From the NCBI GenBank assembly GCA_964234715.1, contig OZ174277.1: a DNA stretch of 64,000 nt; one strand, 5' to 3'. Position numbers and translations under genes: made by a program. The notes under the pieces were generated by a model, which had not been told where the DNA came from, did no database searches, and saw only the letters and a program-made list of their open reading frames with translations. The DNA is from Podarcis melisellensis. Taxonomy: Eukaryota. Each line of letters opens with the position of its first letter. Position 1 is the first letter of the stretch. Of the stretch, positions 47,241-60,060 are shown piece by piece.

Positions 47241-50200
47241 CTCACCAATAGTCCTTCCTCATCTATTACCAGCTACCAAGTCTGGTGTCTACATAGTACC
47301 AAGGGAGAAGGAACTCCCACTGTTCCACAGGAGCATTCACAGCCCAACTCTGATTAACAGCTGTGCTTTAGCACCCCCTTATTCTCAGTGCTGGAGGTAC
47401 TAAATGAGCATAAACCCAACATTAAGTGCTTATGAATTTTCAGATGAATACTGAAAGAAACACAGATTTCATACTGTGTTTCTAACTCATAATGATGACT
47501 CCAACTACTGTACTCTGGAGCGTGATCAGCATGAACAAGCACTGCTGTATAGTGGTTAGCAGCTGGAGGCCCGTGGGCAAAATGCAGTCCCCACCCCCTG
47601 CTGCCAACCAAGAGATGAAAAATTGGGTGGAGAGGTGAACACTGGAGTGCTAGAACTTGGCAGGAGGATCTTTGGGAGAAAGGGAGTTGGAGACCTAGCC
47701 TGCCACGACCCCAGCCAAAGTGGCTTTCCAGCAAAAGCAGCTGCTGACCAGGGAATGAAATGGACAAAAATAGTCTATTCATACATTTGTCTTCCTCTAA
47801 TGAGGTCTTAGAAGAGTTTGTTTCGCAGCAGTAACCACGTGACCCCAGATTATTTAAACTTGGAAAGACATGGATGTTTTCATTAATAAGGGAGAAAATC
47901 AGAGGCAGAATTGATGATTCATTGCTAATGTGTTGATCCAGCTGCTCTCAAAGGACTGGAATTGCTTACTGGGATTCCATGTTCAGCTTCGAGCTATGCA
48001 GTTCTCAGCCTTGATGTGCTAGATTAACACTGGGGTTTGAAACATTTGAAGAATTCTTATTAAACTCATAATGAATTCTCTCTGCAGCAACAACTCTTCA
48101 GCCAAGTCCAGACTGTTCTACAGTTTGCCAATAAAAGGGGAAGGGAGGAACCCTGAGATTATGGTTTCTATAGTGTATTCATCTTTCAACTTTTCCTTCT
48201 TCATTTTCCCTCCACTCCATCTGAATAGGCCACAGTAATTCCAAGCTACCATTGGTGTTTCACTCTTATTCAGGGCCTATGCATCCCGTTTGCCACTTGA
48301 GGCAAAACACACCCTCCTGCTTCCTAGCCCCATGGCTTATTCAGTGAGACATTTCCAGTTTGGGTCTGTCCTTGCCCTGGGCTGCTAGGCAAAACTGTTT
48401 CCTTCCTGGGTAGATCTTGAACCCTTCTCACTTGAGAGCTGTGTGTGCTTCCTGCTGGTCCCCTGCTCAGGGAGCTCTGTAGGTGCAGCATTGCATGAGC
48501 TCTCTCTCCTCCTCTTTGTGCCTTGAGCTCTGAAAAAGTTCTTGAAAAATAGGAATTCTAACTCCTACCTATAAGGCATATGTAAGGACTAGCCATAGCA
48601 GGGTCATTGCTGGTTGTGCTACTGGGATCGATGGAGCCAGGGCTGCATTTCTGCATGTGTTGCTTCTGTGGATGTGTGCTGTGGATGTGTGTAGGGATAT
48701 GTGCTGGGTGTGCATGTCCCTGTCATCTTGAGTTCATTGGCTCCCTCATTTGTAGGGGACATGTCCCTGCTTGGTGGGCACTGGCAGTTTCCAGGGCATG
48801 GTTGGCCCTAGATATTTTGCTGCATGAAGCAAAGGACAACATGGTACCAACCCCCTTTTTACATACAGAAGTCAACTGGTCTGGTATCTTCCACCACCCC
48901 CGAGGGCAGTCAGTTAGCTTAGGTGATGCAGTAGCTGTAGCACACACAGCTCTGCCCGGCAATACATGGAAACAGCAAGGAGAACTCAGAAGGAGCAGAT
49001 GGTGAGGCTGTCACCACTGTCCTCTCACCACTCCATCACTTGCCGCCTGAGGCAGCCACCTACCAAATGGTAGGGCTGGCCCTCTTTCCAGGGATGCTGG
49101 TTTTTTTGTCCACTTGTGTATTTTTCTCCTTCTCCTGGGCTGAGTATGTATTGAATATGGTGGCTATTTTGCCAGTCGGCGTAACAGTGGCATATTTCTG
49201 ATCCCAACATAGTTTGAATATCAGATTTCTGTCCCCATGTAGAAGTGGGAGGTAGCTCTCTCTGTCCAACTTTTATAACCAGACATGTGCTTTTCTCATA
49301 GCTCAAGATGTCTGTCTGGTATTCAGTGCTCTTTAATTAAAAACAAAAAACCAACCCAAAAAAACCCCCAAACTCTTGAAGGAATGAAACAGGCTGCTTC
49401 CAAGCTTATCATATTTTACATAATTTATTCTGCTCTGGTTTTTAAAGAATGTAGAACTTTTTGCCATGGGGGAGTAGAATAAGGCACTTGAAGAAGGAGG
49501 GAGGTATGGGCAGAGGACTGCAGACAAATTGGTAGCAGCATTAAGCAAGGGGCATCAGTCCCCAAGCAGTCCTTCCTGACATTTCTGGTAGTAAATTGAA
49601 CTGGTTGCCACTCTTATATCCAGTGCTAGGTATAGAGGGCTCCCAACCATTGGGCCAGATGTCAAAGCGACACTACTCTGCATCCCTAGAAAATCATGTC
49701 TGAGTTCTACATTTAAAACCAGAACTTCAGACTATGTGTGACTCTATTCTTTTCTCATGAAGACAGGGAATTTGCTTTCCCTTTAAAACAAACAAAAAAC
49801 TCAATTGAGGTAGACTTCTAAATTCTGTACTAGCATTCATCCTCAACCAGAATATGAAAGGGAGAATACATTCTACAGTATGCATGTAAGTTCAAAGCTG
49901 ACTGTGTCCGTGACATGGTGCTGGAGCACTGTATGCACACATATGGGTTCTGGGTGTAGAATTTCTTCACTTTCTACAGAAGGGTGATCTGTATATGGGA
50001 GCTTGAAGGGAACAGGAACTAACTATTCAAAGGGCAGTACATCAGTAACACTGTGACCACACCAAACAGGAAGCAATTAGAGGTAAAATGGCAAGGACAT
50101 CAGTTCTATTTAAAGTTAGAGAGGGCTTTGCAGACTGCGTAACCATTATAACGTGTAAACATTGTAAAAATAATCTCAGCCATGGGGATGAACATTGCTG

Positions 50201-53004
50201 GATAACAGAACACTATATTAACTGCTGTGTTGATGCTGCTTCCAGTTAAGTCCGGAAAAGCAATGTTTCAGCAGTGTCGAAGATTCTAAATATGGAAGCA
50301 TCCTAGCAGAAGTTTTTAATAGCTATGAACTAAAATATGAACAGCTTAGTCATACAATGATTATGGATGAAGTGCTATAGCAGCCATAGCTATAAACACT
50401 CTGGTGTTTATAGGGCAAATGGTACTCTCAGTGCCTGGGTTCTCTTTCTGTTAGAGAGAATATTAATAAGCTGCTTTAAAGGATTGTTTAACCAGGCTCA
50501 ACCCTACTTAGCTCCAGCAGGCAGTGGCTACCTAAGCCATTACAACATCCACCTGCTGGTACTTTAAAGGATTGTTATGAAGATGCATTAGAGATACTGT
50601 AAACAACCTATTAAGGGCTAGATCAATTATAATAACAAGCAATGCCTACATTGTAACAAAACTTTTTAAAGGTTGGAAGCAAATAGTGCAATCTGCAGAC
50701 ATTAACAGATTCCAACATCTGAACAATACTTAAGAGAATGTAATTTTGCAGTTCCTGCGTAGGCATGGAATGTGCAGCATGGTGGCGTTCTTTATGATCA
50801 CTCAGTACCCTTCAAACTGCTGTTTCCAAGAGCAAATTCAGTGTCGAATAAGTAGAGCCTAGTCTGCTATCGGAGACCTCACATTTCAGACATATTTTGG
50901 GGTCTGATGGTGAACTGGGAATGGAAACATGAAGTATCTGCACAATCCATTCTAATCAGAGATCAGAAAAGCAGGAATATTTTTTCAGCCTCTGAAAAAT
51001 CTGTTTCACCAACCACTGAAATGAACAGAGATAGTCATATAATCCTAAAGACTTCAAAAGCCTTGAAACAAGAGTTTACTGACTCCATTTTCTCACCCAC
51101 AAGTTCTCAGACCTCTTTCCATGATGAGAATGTAGATTATAATGAAAGACTAGAAACCGAGAAATAATATCTAACCCCATATCCAATAACAAGAGGATGC
51201 TAGCATGCTGAGTACAGATTTCTGCTTTTGTCCCTTAGCAGGCAAGACAGAATTCACAAGTACATTCAAAACATGTGACACATCTTTGCCTAGGGAAAAA
51301 CATGTAGAGAAGGAATGTTTTATTCTCAATGCTCTTTCCTCCATCAGCTTCCTGATTCTCTCCCCCTCCCCCCCAGCATTACATGCGCTCCATAGTCTCC
51401 CAGATTAAGATAACACAGAAAATATAAGGTGCTCATTTACCTCAAAAATGGCACCTTAATGTGTGACGAGGCACAATACAACTGAAGTTAAGCACCTCTC
51501 ATCCCACTGATATGAATGTTTACTCTGAAATTAATCACATTAAACTTATCGGGACTTGCTCCTAAGTAAGTGTGCATAGGATTATAGCTTTAATCACATG
51601 GTTAAATATATAATTGAAACCAACGAACAGAACTATTTTCTACCCTTGACATCAATAGAACTTAAGTAAGTCAATGGACTATGTTCTAACAGATTTGTCA
51701 TGGCTTGGGCTTCTGTAGGCACCAGTACAACTCATCAGACTGAACTGTTCTACAATTATTTACCTTGGGCATAGACATACCCTGTGAGTATGCCATTCTG
51801 GGCTGCTCTCTTATTCAGACTGAGCAGAGAGCATGCTCCTTTTGTATATTTTGTACTGTTCCAACCACATTGTCTATGAAAAAAATGAATTTCAGTCTAG
51901 TCTTGGCCTTCTTGGTAATGCCACCCCTTAATGAGTTCAGAGGATCTACAACCTGCCAGAGTGCTTTCATGGCAATGGTACTTGGTTGTAGAATACCTTT
52001 CTCCCTCCTCTGCCCAAAGTTTGGCCAATGCTAAGTATCTTTTGGCGAAGACCTATTCTGCCAGGCATTTAAAGTGGGCTCAGAATTCTTAAATAAGTCT
52101 TTTACACTATGAGCCAATCGGCAGGTCTCAAGGTTATAGAAAGCACACACATACATATAGCAGTAGATCCTACAGAGCTGAAGTTGGCCCTGCTCTAAAA
52201 GGTAAGATTCTGAGCTGTTCAGGACTGTTAATAAAAAACACTCTAGGCAAAGGAGGCAGGGTTAGTATTGTTGGTGTTATACCATGTATTTTGTGCTTTT
52301 ATACTGTACACCACCCTGTGATCTTTGAATGAAGAGTGGTGTATAAATTTAATAAACAAGCAAACAATTGGAGGGTGTAGGGCTACATTGATCCCCCCTG
52401 AAGTGTGTCAGCTGGTCCCCCAGTTGATAAACCAGAGACAAGAAACTATAGTGGGAATGGAAGTCCACTTTGGGAGATGACAGACCACCTGCTAGCTCTT
52501 CTTCAAAATGGGCCTCCCATAGAGCTAGTTGCTGACCGGGGCTCAAGGTCTGCAGCTATATGAGCAAGAAAAGATGCACTGTAAAAGTGGCAGCAAGTCA
52601 CATACCGGGGCAACATAGGGAAGGGACATAAACTACATAGGATTGTACCCAATGTTAGTCAAACTCAAAGAAGACCCACTGAAATTAATGGCCATGACTA
52701 AATTAGGCCCATAATTACAATGGTTTTAATCTGAGTAAAATGCACTAGGACTCAACCCACATCTATTTGTCAACACAGGACCAAAAATCTCTACATATCT
52801 GTTGTATAAAGGAGACTACCATTATTATTCAAATAAGTTACTGCACAGCTGGGTTTAGAACACTGTAATTCATGGGTGTCACGCTAGACAGAGGGCCCCT
52901 GTAACTCTTTATGGCTACAATAAAAGTAAGCAGTTGATAATGAGTTATGAAGACTTACCCCTGGCACCATTTTTCATATTGACTGGAGCGGAGCAGGATG
53001 AGGG

Positions 53005-53126
53005 TACATCTGATGATGAAGGGTATTCCAGTCCACTTAGGCCACAATAATAAATGTGTGAGTCTTTACTGTGCGTCAGGCCTGTTACTCATGCTGCTGC
53101 AGACTAATACAGCTACCTCTCTTGAA
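53005..53126 (+). mobile_element. Decayed Penelope-like terminal fragment with dead hammerhead
   Basis: CTGATGA...CCAC[no GAAA]TTAGGCCACAATAATAAA...AGTCTTTA...GCAGACTAATACAGCTACC parallels 19367-19499. Confidence 0.6.
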
Positions 53127-53238
53127 GTTGCCATCTGCAATATAGGGATAAGAATCCTGACCTACCTTACAAAGTTGCGATAAGAATGTATACAAAACAC
53201 TTTGAACATTCCAAAGTGTTATATAAATTCTAAATAGG

Positions 53239-53254
53239 ATCATCATCATCATCA

Positions 53255-53299
<45 letters not shown>
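53239..53299. repeat. (ATC)n(ATT)n microsatellite
   Basis: Direct reading. Confidence 0.95.
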
Positions 53300-53476
53300 G
53301 CATCCAAGTGTTGTACCAAAGCCAATGAATAAAGTGAGGGCCAGTTCATTCAAGCCCAGCCACTTATTTTGGGGTCTATTGCTGTTGTCACACTGGAATC
53401 TGGTTCTCTAGTGGTAAACCAGTTTTCTGGGTACGCCGCTATGGGCTCACTCTGGTGATCCATTCAAGATTCACTC

Positions 53477-54074
53477 TGTGCTGGTCCCGGGGGGAGGTTA
53501 CCGTGGGGCGAGGTCCAGGACCTGAGTCGAGGGTCAGCAGACAGTCCTTCACGGGCGAAGCGGGGTTCGAAGCGAGGAGCCGGGCAAGGACAGGAACTCT
53601 GGAGGAATAGGACTGGGTGCTGGCCGAAACAGCTATTCAATGACGTTGCTCCCGCAACCTGGGACAGGGCTGACTGGCCTTTATCTTCTCTGAGGCCCGG
53701 GGCGGTCCCGGCCCCCAGGAGACCCGCCTCTCCTGGCCTTAAGGCGAGCACTCCTCCTGGGAGAAACCAGTTCCCTCCGCCTCTGTGCCCTGAGCCTCTG
53801 CAGCTCAGGAGAGGCTGGAGGGTTACTGGACCCAGGGGGAGACTCACCTCCCCCTGACAGGGCTGGGAGAGGCGCACCTGTAGGCACTGTGTCCTCAACC
53901 CCCTCCGGAGCCAGAGTGGATTCACTTGGTGCCTGTTCCTGAGGATCCGGCACAGGTGCAGGCGCTTCAGAATCAAGGCCCTGCCCCAGTTCAGCCAGCC
54001 CTGGAGGCGGGGACTCCTGTGCAGGCTGGGATTCCTCCGGTTCAGCCTCTGAATCGGATTCCCAGGCCATCACA
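53477..54074 (-). mobile_element. Young solo LTR (598 bp, probably Gypsy-type)
   Basis: TGTG...CACA termini; perfect 5-bp TSD CACTC at 53472-53476 and 54075-54079; CpG-rich, so little decay. Confidence 0.92.
53681..54070 (-). CDS. LTR-encoded 129-aa ORF (acidic, Pro-rich N-terminus; Arg-rich C-terminus with SPRRSARL)
   Basis: ATG at LTR nt 5, open to a TAA that overlaps the TATA-like GATAAA. Expression is not demonstrated. Confidence 0.5.
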   Translation of the reverse strand: MAWESDSEAEPEESQPAQESPPPGLAELGQGLDSEAPAPVPDPQEQAPSESTLAPEGVEDTVPTGAPLPALSGGGESPPGSSNPPASPELQRLRAQRRRELVSPRRSARLKARRGGSPGGRDRPGPQRR

Positions 54075-55127
54075 CACTCGTGGTGGAGGCTGGTGCCCAT
54101 TCAGACTTGTAGAACAAAAGGCAGGAAGGTCAACAGTAGGGGGAGATAGCCAATGAAAAATGGAACCAATTAATTCTGACTTTGTCCACTTCTTTATCCC
54201 TGCTGAGTTTACAAAGGCAACACTGAGACTAAAGAGGAGGAAGCTGACAGCTAGTTCCATGGACTGGACTGAGTGTAACTAAGGAGACTGGCAGGTGGGG
54301 GCTGGCTGAGGGCAGCTTGGTAGGGAAGTGCCCCACTTGTGCTAATGGATGAGACTTCATTCACAAGAAACAAACCTGACACAGGTTGCACCATGGTTCA
54401 CTGGACCTGCATAACTTGCAGCATCTGAGCTCCATGAGCATTGGGACTGATGCCAACCTCAGCTTGGATAGAAAATTTTAATATAAATTAAGCAGCAAAA
54501 GCGCCATCATCTTTACTTCTCTTTGATTTTTTTTTAAAAAGACAATGACTCAAATCCCAAATTGCTTTAGTAACTGCTCTTTCCCCTCACAAATATTATT
54601 TGTTAAATTTATATCCCACCCTCCCTCCCAAAGGAGCCCAATACTAACTGCAGCTTATTTTATTGCAAGGATCTTAATTTGTTTCCGTGTACATTATGAC
54701 ATGCACATTTTACAAACATAGTAGGTTTAAAGTCTTCCCCTACTGAATGAAATACAGTGGTTGGCATTTGCATTTGAAAATCCAGTAAATGTTTCCAGAT
54801 TGCATTCCAACTTGTCTGGTAAAGTTTGCCAGACTGAATATAGTGTATCTTTGTGTGGTGTTAATGTGTTGAGCTTCTGGATTAGAAAATGCTTTCTGAC
54901 AAATGAGTGCTTTTAGCAGAATGTTTGTGCTATGAAATGAACAAGAGACAAAACAAATCTAGAATTGGTTTTCGCAATCTGATTATTGCTAAGATTATTT
55001 CTGTTCTGACTGATGAAGAATTCTGTGTAACTCTCAGACCTGCACACAGGGTTTGTGCCATCAGTTGTACAACCTTGCTTGCTCAATATTTATGAAGAGA
55101 TAGATGAAACTGCTGTATCCTTAGTCA

Positions 55128-55128
<1 letters not shown>

Positions 55129-55170
<42 letters not shown>
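55129..55170. repeat. (ATT)n microsatellite
   Basis: Direct reading. Confidence 0.95.
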
Positions 55171-55175
<5 letters not shown>

Positions 55176-55275
55176 CTTTTCCCAGCTGGAACTCACTGGA
55201 ACTCAGTTCTGGCACCTCTCAGGTGGGTGCCATTGCCATTATTCTGACATCTCCTTTTCTAGAAAAATAGCACTG
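55171..55275. mobile_element. Short hAT-like MITE
   Basis: CAGGGCTTTT...AAAATAGCACTG termini. Confidence 0.55.
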
Positions 55276-55322
55276 TTGTCATTGTTGTTGTTGTTAATTT
55301 ATACCCCACCTTTTCCCTGATA

Positions 55323-55564
55323 CAGTGGTACCTCGGGTTACATACGCTTCAGGTTACATACGCTTCAAGTTACATACTCTGCTAACCCAGAAATATTACC
55401 TCGGGTTAAGAACTTTGCTTCAGGAAGAGAACAGAAATTGTGTGGCGGTGGCGCAGCGACAACGGGAGGCCCCATTAGCTAAAGTGGTGCTTCAGGTTAA
55501 GAACAGTTTCAGGTTAAGAACGGACCTCCGGAACAAATTAAGTATTTAACCCGAGGTACCACTG
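55323..55564. mobile_element. Tc1/mariner MITE (CAGTGGTACCTC family)
   Basis: Perfect TIR CAGTGGTACCTCGGGTTA / TAACCCGAGGTACCACTG. Confidence 0.92.
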
Positions 55565-57319
55565 TGCAAGGCAGTTTACAGACAAAACCAAGAACCACTA
55601 AAAACATAGAAAAATTAACCATTAAAATACAATGAAACATTGATGCAATTAAAACTATTTGCATACATAAAATCTAAATGTTCCCCTGGTGCCTGCTTCC
55701 CAAAGCCTAGGGAGCTTTTGCTGGGCTTAGGGAGGGAAGCATGATGATCTGACAGTTCCAAGGGTCCTTCCACCTTCTTCCAAAAGCATGCCCAGCTTGG
55801 GGAAAGAGCTAGGAGGACTCCAGGATTCTCCCAAAAGCCTGGCATCTCCTTCCCAAAGCCCATGAAGTTTCTGTCTGGCTTAGAGAGGGAGACACAATGC
55901 TCACACTTGCGGTACTAGCCCCCCACCAATCGCCCTCACAAGCTGATGCCTCTGGCCCTAACTGTTCCCCTACGAAAAACTTCACCACAGACCACAGGAA
56001 TTACACCACCCGCAACAGGCTGAATCCCTGTTCCCTGTTCTGCCTTGTAACTGACCAAGAACACCTGTCTTGTCAAACCACTGGTCCATGTTGCCTCTGA
56101 CTGGCAGCAGTTGTCAGGAGGATGGGGTGGAACTGGAAATGGTTAGCTCTGCCTGCCATTGGCTATGCTTGCATGTACTGTTGGCTCCTAACAGTCCGAG
56201 TGGGCACCAGTCACTAGCTGACTGATCACAGGGTAGGGAACTCTTTTTACTACATTTGGAGCTGAAACTTATTTGTCAATGGATGCCATGCCTTTTCGTC
56301 TTGCATGTGGAGAGCTGTTTGTTGATATTTCGCTACCTGTATCTCTTTAAGAGGAATCTTTCAGTGTCAGGGGAGACCAACAGTATAAACTTCAACATCT
56401 TTTTTTGACTTGCTTTTGACTTTTCTCACATGAGGGAAACAGCTGTCCAAGGCTAGGAATGGCCTGAGATTGACTGTAGGCATTACTTTCTTCTCTTCCT
56501 TGAGGCAGCTCCTATTTCATATTTTATTAGATGAAATTCTCCTGTGTATCAAATAATGATCTAGACCCATAGGAAGTAGGAAATGCCACAATAGATGTTT
56601 TATAGGTAAGAACAGTAAAGTGGAAGGAGGCCAGGAACAATAAATTCTATTTTTCTCTCTCCTACAATCAAGTTAACAGTGACACTCACCACCACACACT
56701 GCCACTGTACAACCTCCTTTCTTTTCAAGTTATGCAGAACTTGACAAAGAATGCATGGTGTATATCAACTACTGTATGTTTTGGTGGATTCCTTCCTATG
56801 CAGGGCTGCCATATTTGCAATCAGGAGACTGAGGTTATAGAGTTAAAACAGGGATGGAGAACCTGGTCTCATTCCAGCCACACAAAGCAGGACCGGCAAA
56901 GGGTGTCGTATGGCCAGCCAAGTGACCTGGGGGTCCAATAGGGAGATCCCTGGATCTGAGGTTCCCCATCCCCGCTTTAAAATGCTGATCAGAATGAGAC
57001 ACACAGCACCAATGATTCTCCTGCTCAACCCTCCCTGGTTTCTGCCCACTCCAGAACTGCTCCAGAACTCCACACAACTGCTGTAGTAGGCACACTATGG
57101 TGTACATGGGTTTGGACTGAGGGAAATGCTGGGACAGTTCACGCATGTACACACACTACCATTCGATGACTTGCAGCTGAATGTGTGAATAGATCCCACT
57201 AAAAAGGAATGAGGTGAAGCAAGGCAAACACTCAAAGAAGCATTATGCCAAAGGTACGTAAATATATTAAAAGACTCAGAAGTATCCATTTCTTTTTACA
57301 TGCATATGCCTTTACAACC

Positions 57320-57610
57320 ACTGAGGGCCTTCTGGCAGTTCCCTCTCTGTGAGATGTAAAGCTACAGGGAACCGGCAGAGGGCCTTCTCGGTAGTGGCAC
57401 CCGCCCTGTGGAACACCCTCCCACCAGATGTCAAGGAAATAAACTACCTGACTTTTAGAAGACATCTAAAAGTTTAGGGAAGTTTTTAATGTTTGATGTT
57501 TTATCACATTTTATTATTATTAATATTCTGTTGGGAATCGCCTAGAGTGGCTGGAGAAACCCAGCCAGATGGGCGGGATATAAATAATAAATAATAATAA
57601 TAATAATTAT
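57320..57610 (+). mobile_element. L2 LINE 3' end
   Basis: RAFSVVAPALWNTLP coding remnant, then CGCCTAGAGTGGCTG...GGGCGGGATATAAAT and a (TAA)n tail. Confidence 0.85.
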
Positions 57611-59764
57611 CCATGCAAAAAATGAGACGAAAGGGTACAATTAAAAGTCCCTGATATAATACTGTAAAGAAAACATCAGGAGAGTAGATTCCACAAAAGA
57701 TGAAAGGGCAATATGTTCAACCTGTAAACAAATCTGTGTATCTTGAATTCCACAGCAAACCCTCTAAAACCACCTTTGAACTGAGGGAGATAAGTGCTAA
57801 ACTATCTTCTAAGAGGCGACAGTTAAAAAGGAAAAAGCCAAACATTATCATTGAACATACATTGCCAACATATAAAGCTGAGTTTGTTTAGACTGTTGAG
57901 TTTGATTTTGTTTTAGCTCTTTGGATCGTCACTAAATCTATATTTGGATTATCAGCCTTTTTACTCTGTGGTGGGTAGAGGCCTGCAGATGTTGAAGAAA
58001 CCATTTCAAAAATGAGTTTTTCTCTGAAGCAAGCATTTGACTGACCAATGGAAGTCAATTACACTATTTGATTACCAGTTGAGGGGACAAATCCTGCCAC
58101 ATTAAAACCCTGAGAGATCTGAACTCTCTTCAACAAATATGTTTGTTTCCAGATTTATACTTCAGTGGGAATGTTTGAACCAGACTGGTTTTTACACTTA
58201 AAATGATGTTCCATTCCTGCTTAGGAAATACTTTTCCATTTTACCATAAACCAACACATGTTCAGGAAACAATTGATACTTGAAACTGTATTGCATAGAA
58301 TTAAGTTCTTTTCCTACCTGGCTACAGGTAAAATAAACAAGCAAACTTGAACAAAACACCTGATCCTAAGAATATTTACACAAAAGTAAATCCCCCTGAG
58401 GGAAAGTCATCGAGAGAAAACTGGCCCATGTACAATGTGAACATTGAAGCCAAGAAATTTATCCAGTGTCAGCAAGCCTCTACTCCCTTGTAAATAATCT
58501 TTATAAAAACAAGAACAGTTTCCAAAGTTTCCAAATAATCTTTCCATCTGAATGTATTTTATGTATAGAAAGATGAATTTAAAGAATTTGTGTTGCCGGT
58601 TGCATGCTCTGGTAGACAAGGGGAGGGGGAGAACACCATATGGCCACCATGTTGGACTCAAACATTTCTGGCCCTTTATCTTCAGGGAAGTCTTTTCTTA
58701 CCTACCCACACAGGGCAGAACAGCCTTTGAATGGGTCTACTGTGTTGGCTTTCTCCTCTGCCAGTATCTTCCCTATTTCTCCTTTGCTGATTTAAAGGGC
58801 TGGAAATCAGGAGATCTGGTGTGTATTCTTCATTACAGGCAATGGTCCTTTTTATCACCTGAGGGCCATATGAAAACTCAGCTGTGTTTCCAGGGCTTTC
58901 TGTGTCATGCTGAGCCTCACACTGGGGCACAAGAAAGAGACAGTCAGCATCTGGTTACAAAGCTCACAGCCACCACTGAGAAATGCAGGCTGTGTTTTAG
59001 TTCTTTAGTGGCCTGTGCTTCCTTGGCAAGAGCAGATGAGTCTATGTTTAGGGGCTTTCATTTAGATACTACTCAAAAGAAACGTCGGTTTAGAGGTTTG
59101 GCTCAGCTTGTGTCCATATCTAAATCTTATCCACTCAACCAACCCCCCACTCCCTCCACAAACCTCTCTCTGAAATGCAGCTGTCTTGCCAGCTGCTCCT
59201 ACTAGTCCCCTTGCCTAGCTTATATTTGTCCTATTACCCTCAATGCAACCTTTTCATCATGTGCAAGCGATGTTTGTCAGCAGTTGTACTACTTGTATAC
59301 AAATGTCCTCAGGGTTTCCCCAGACGAACAATCCATGTCCACCTCCCCCCACATTGCATTTCATTTGTGGTGCAATACTCCTCCATTTCCTCATTAATGC
59401 ATTACTGATGTAGGTCAGGCGTGCAGACAACCCAAACACAACCTGCCAATTGTGGATGGTGCTGATGACCCACCAGCATCTCAGCAAACCTCTTCTTTTC
59501 TGAGAAAAAAACAGACGCATCAAGCACTTTGCAGGCTACAATTCATTGCTTGGTGAATATTAAGTCATGCAGGCCTGTTTTATGGCTGTGTCCTGTGGTA
59601 CACACAGCCACTGGGAGAATCTGAGGTAGAAGCTGAAGCAGCTGCCTCAGAGTTGTCTTTCCCGGAGAAAGCAAACCCGTGGCCCGCCAGATGTTGTTGA
59701 ATGTCAACTTCCATCAGACCCAGCCAGATGTAGTAAGAAGAACGCAAGAAGTGCCCAGATAGAG

Positions 59765-60060
59765 TTATTATTCATTTAAAGTGTTTATATACCATTTAAT
59801 AATTAGGATTTCTAAGTGAAGTGCATAAAAATAAACCACACCAAGGATTAAACAGTAAAAACTCACCATAAAACCAAACACTACCTTAAAATACCAGATG
59901 GAATAATAAAGTCGTTGTCGTGCACCTGATGTTCAAAAAGGAGGGTGCCTGCCTAATTTCAGTCATGAGGGAGTTCCACAGGTTTGGACCCAGTCTATGA
60001 AATGCCTTTAGGTAAGGGCTACTGTCTGACATCACTATTGCCTCCCTGCAGAAGAAATTA
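59765..60060 (-). mobile_element. Old L2 LINE 3' fragment
   Basis: The minus-strand translation KAFHRLGPNLWNSLMTEIRQAPS resembles the L2 C-terminus. Confidence 0.65.

Noticed and set aside
53085-55270. Poly-Ile/Met and poly-Leu ORFs
   Set aside because: They are translations of (ATT)n/(ATC)n microsatellites.
58552-59205. 217-aa ORF
   Set aside because: No recognisable motif, and the Cys/Phe/Leu-rich composition is typical of random open frames.
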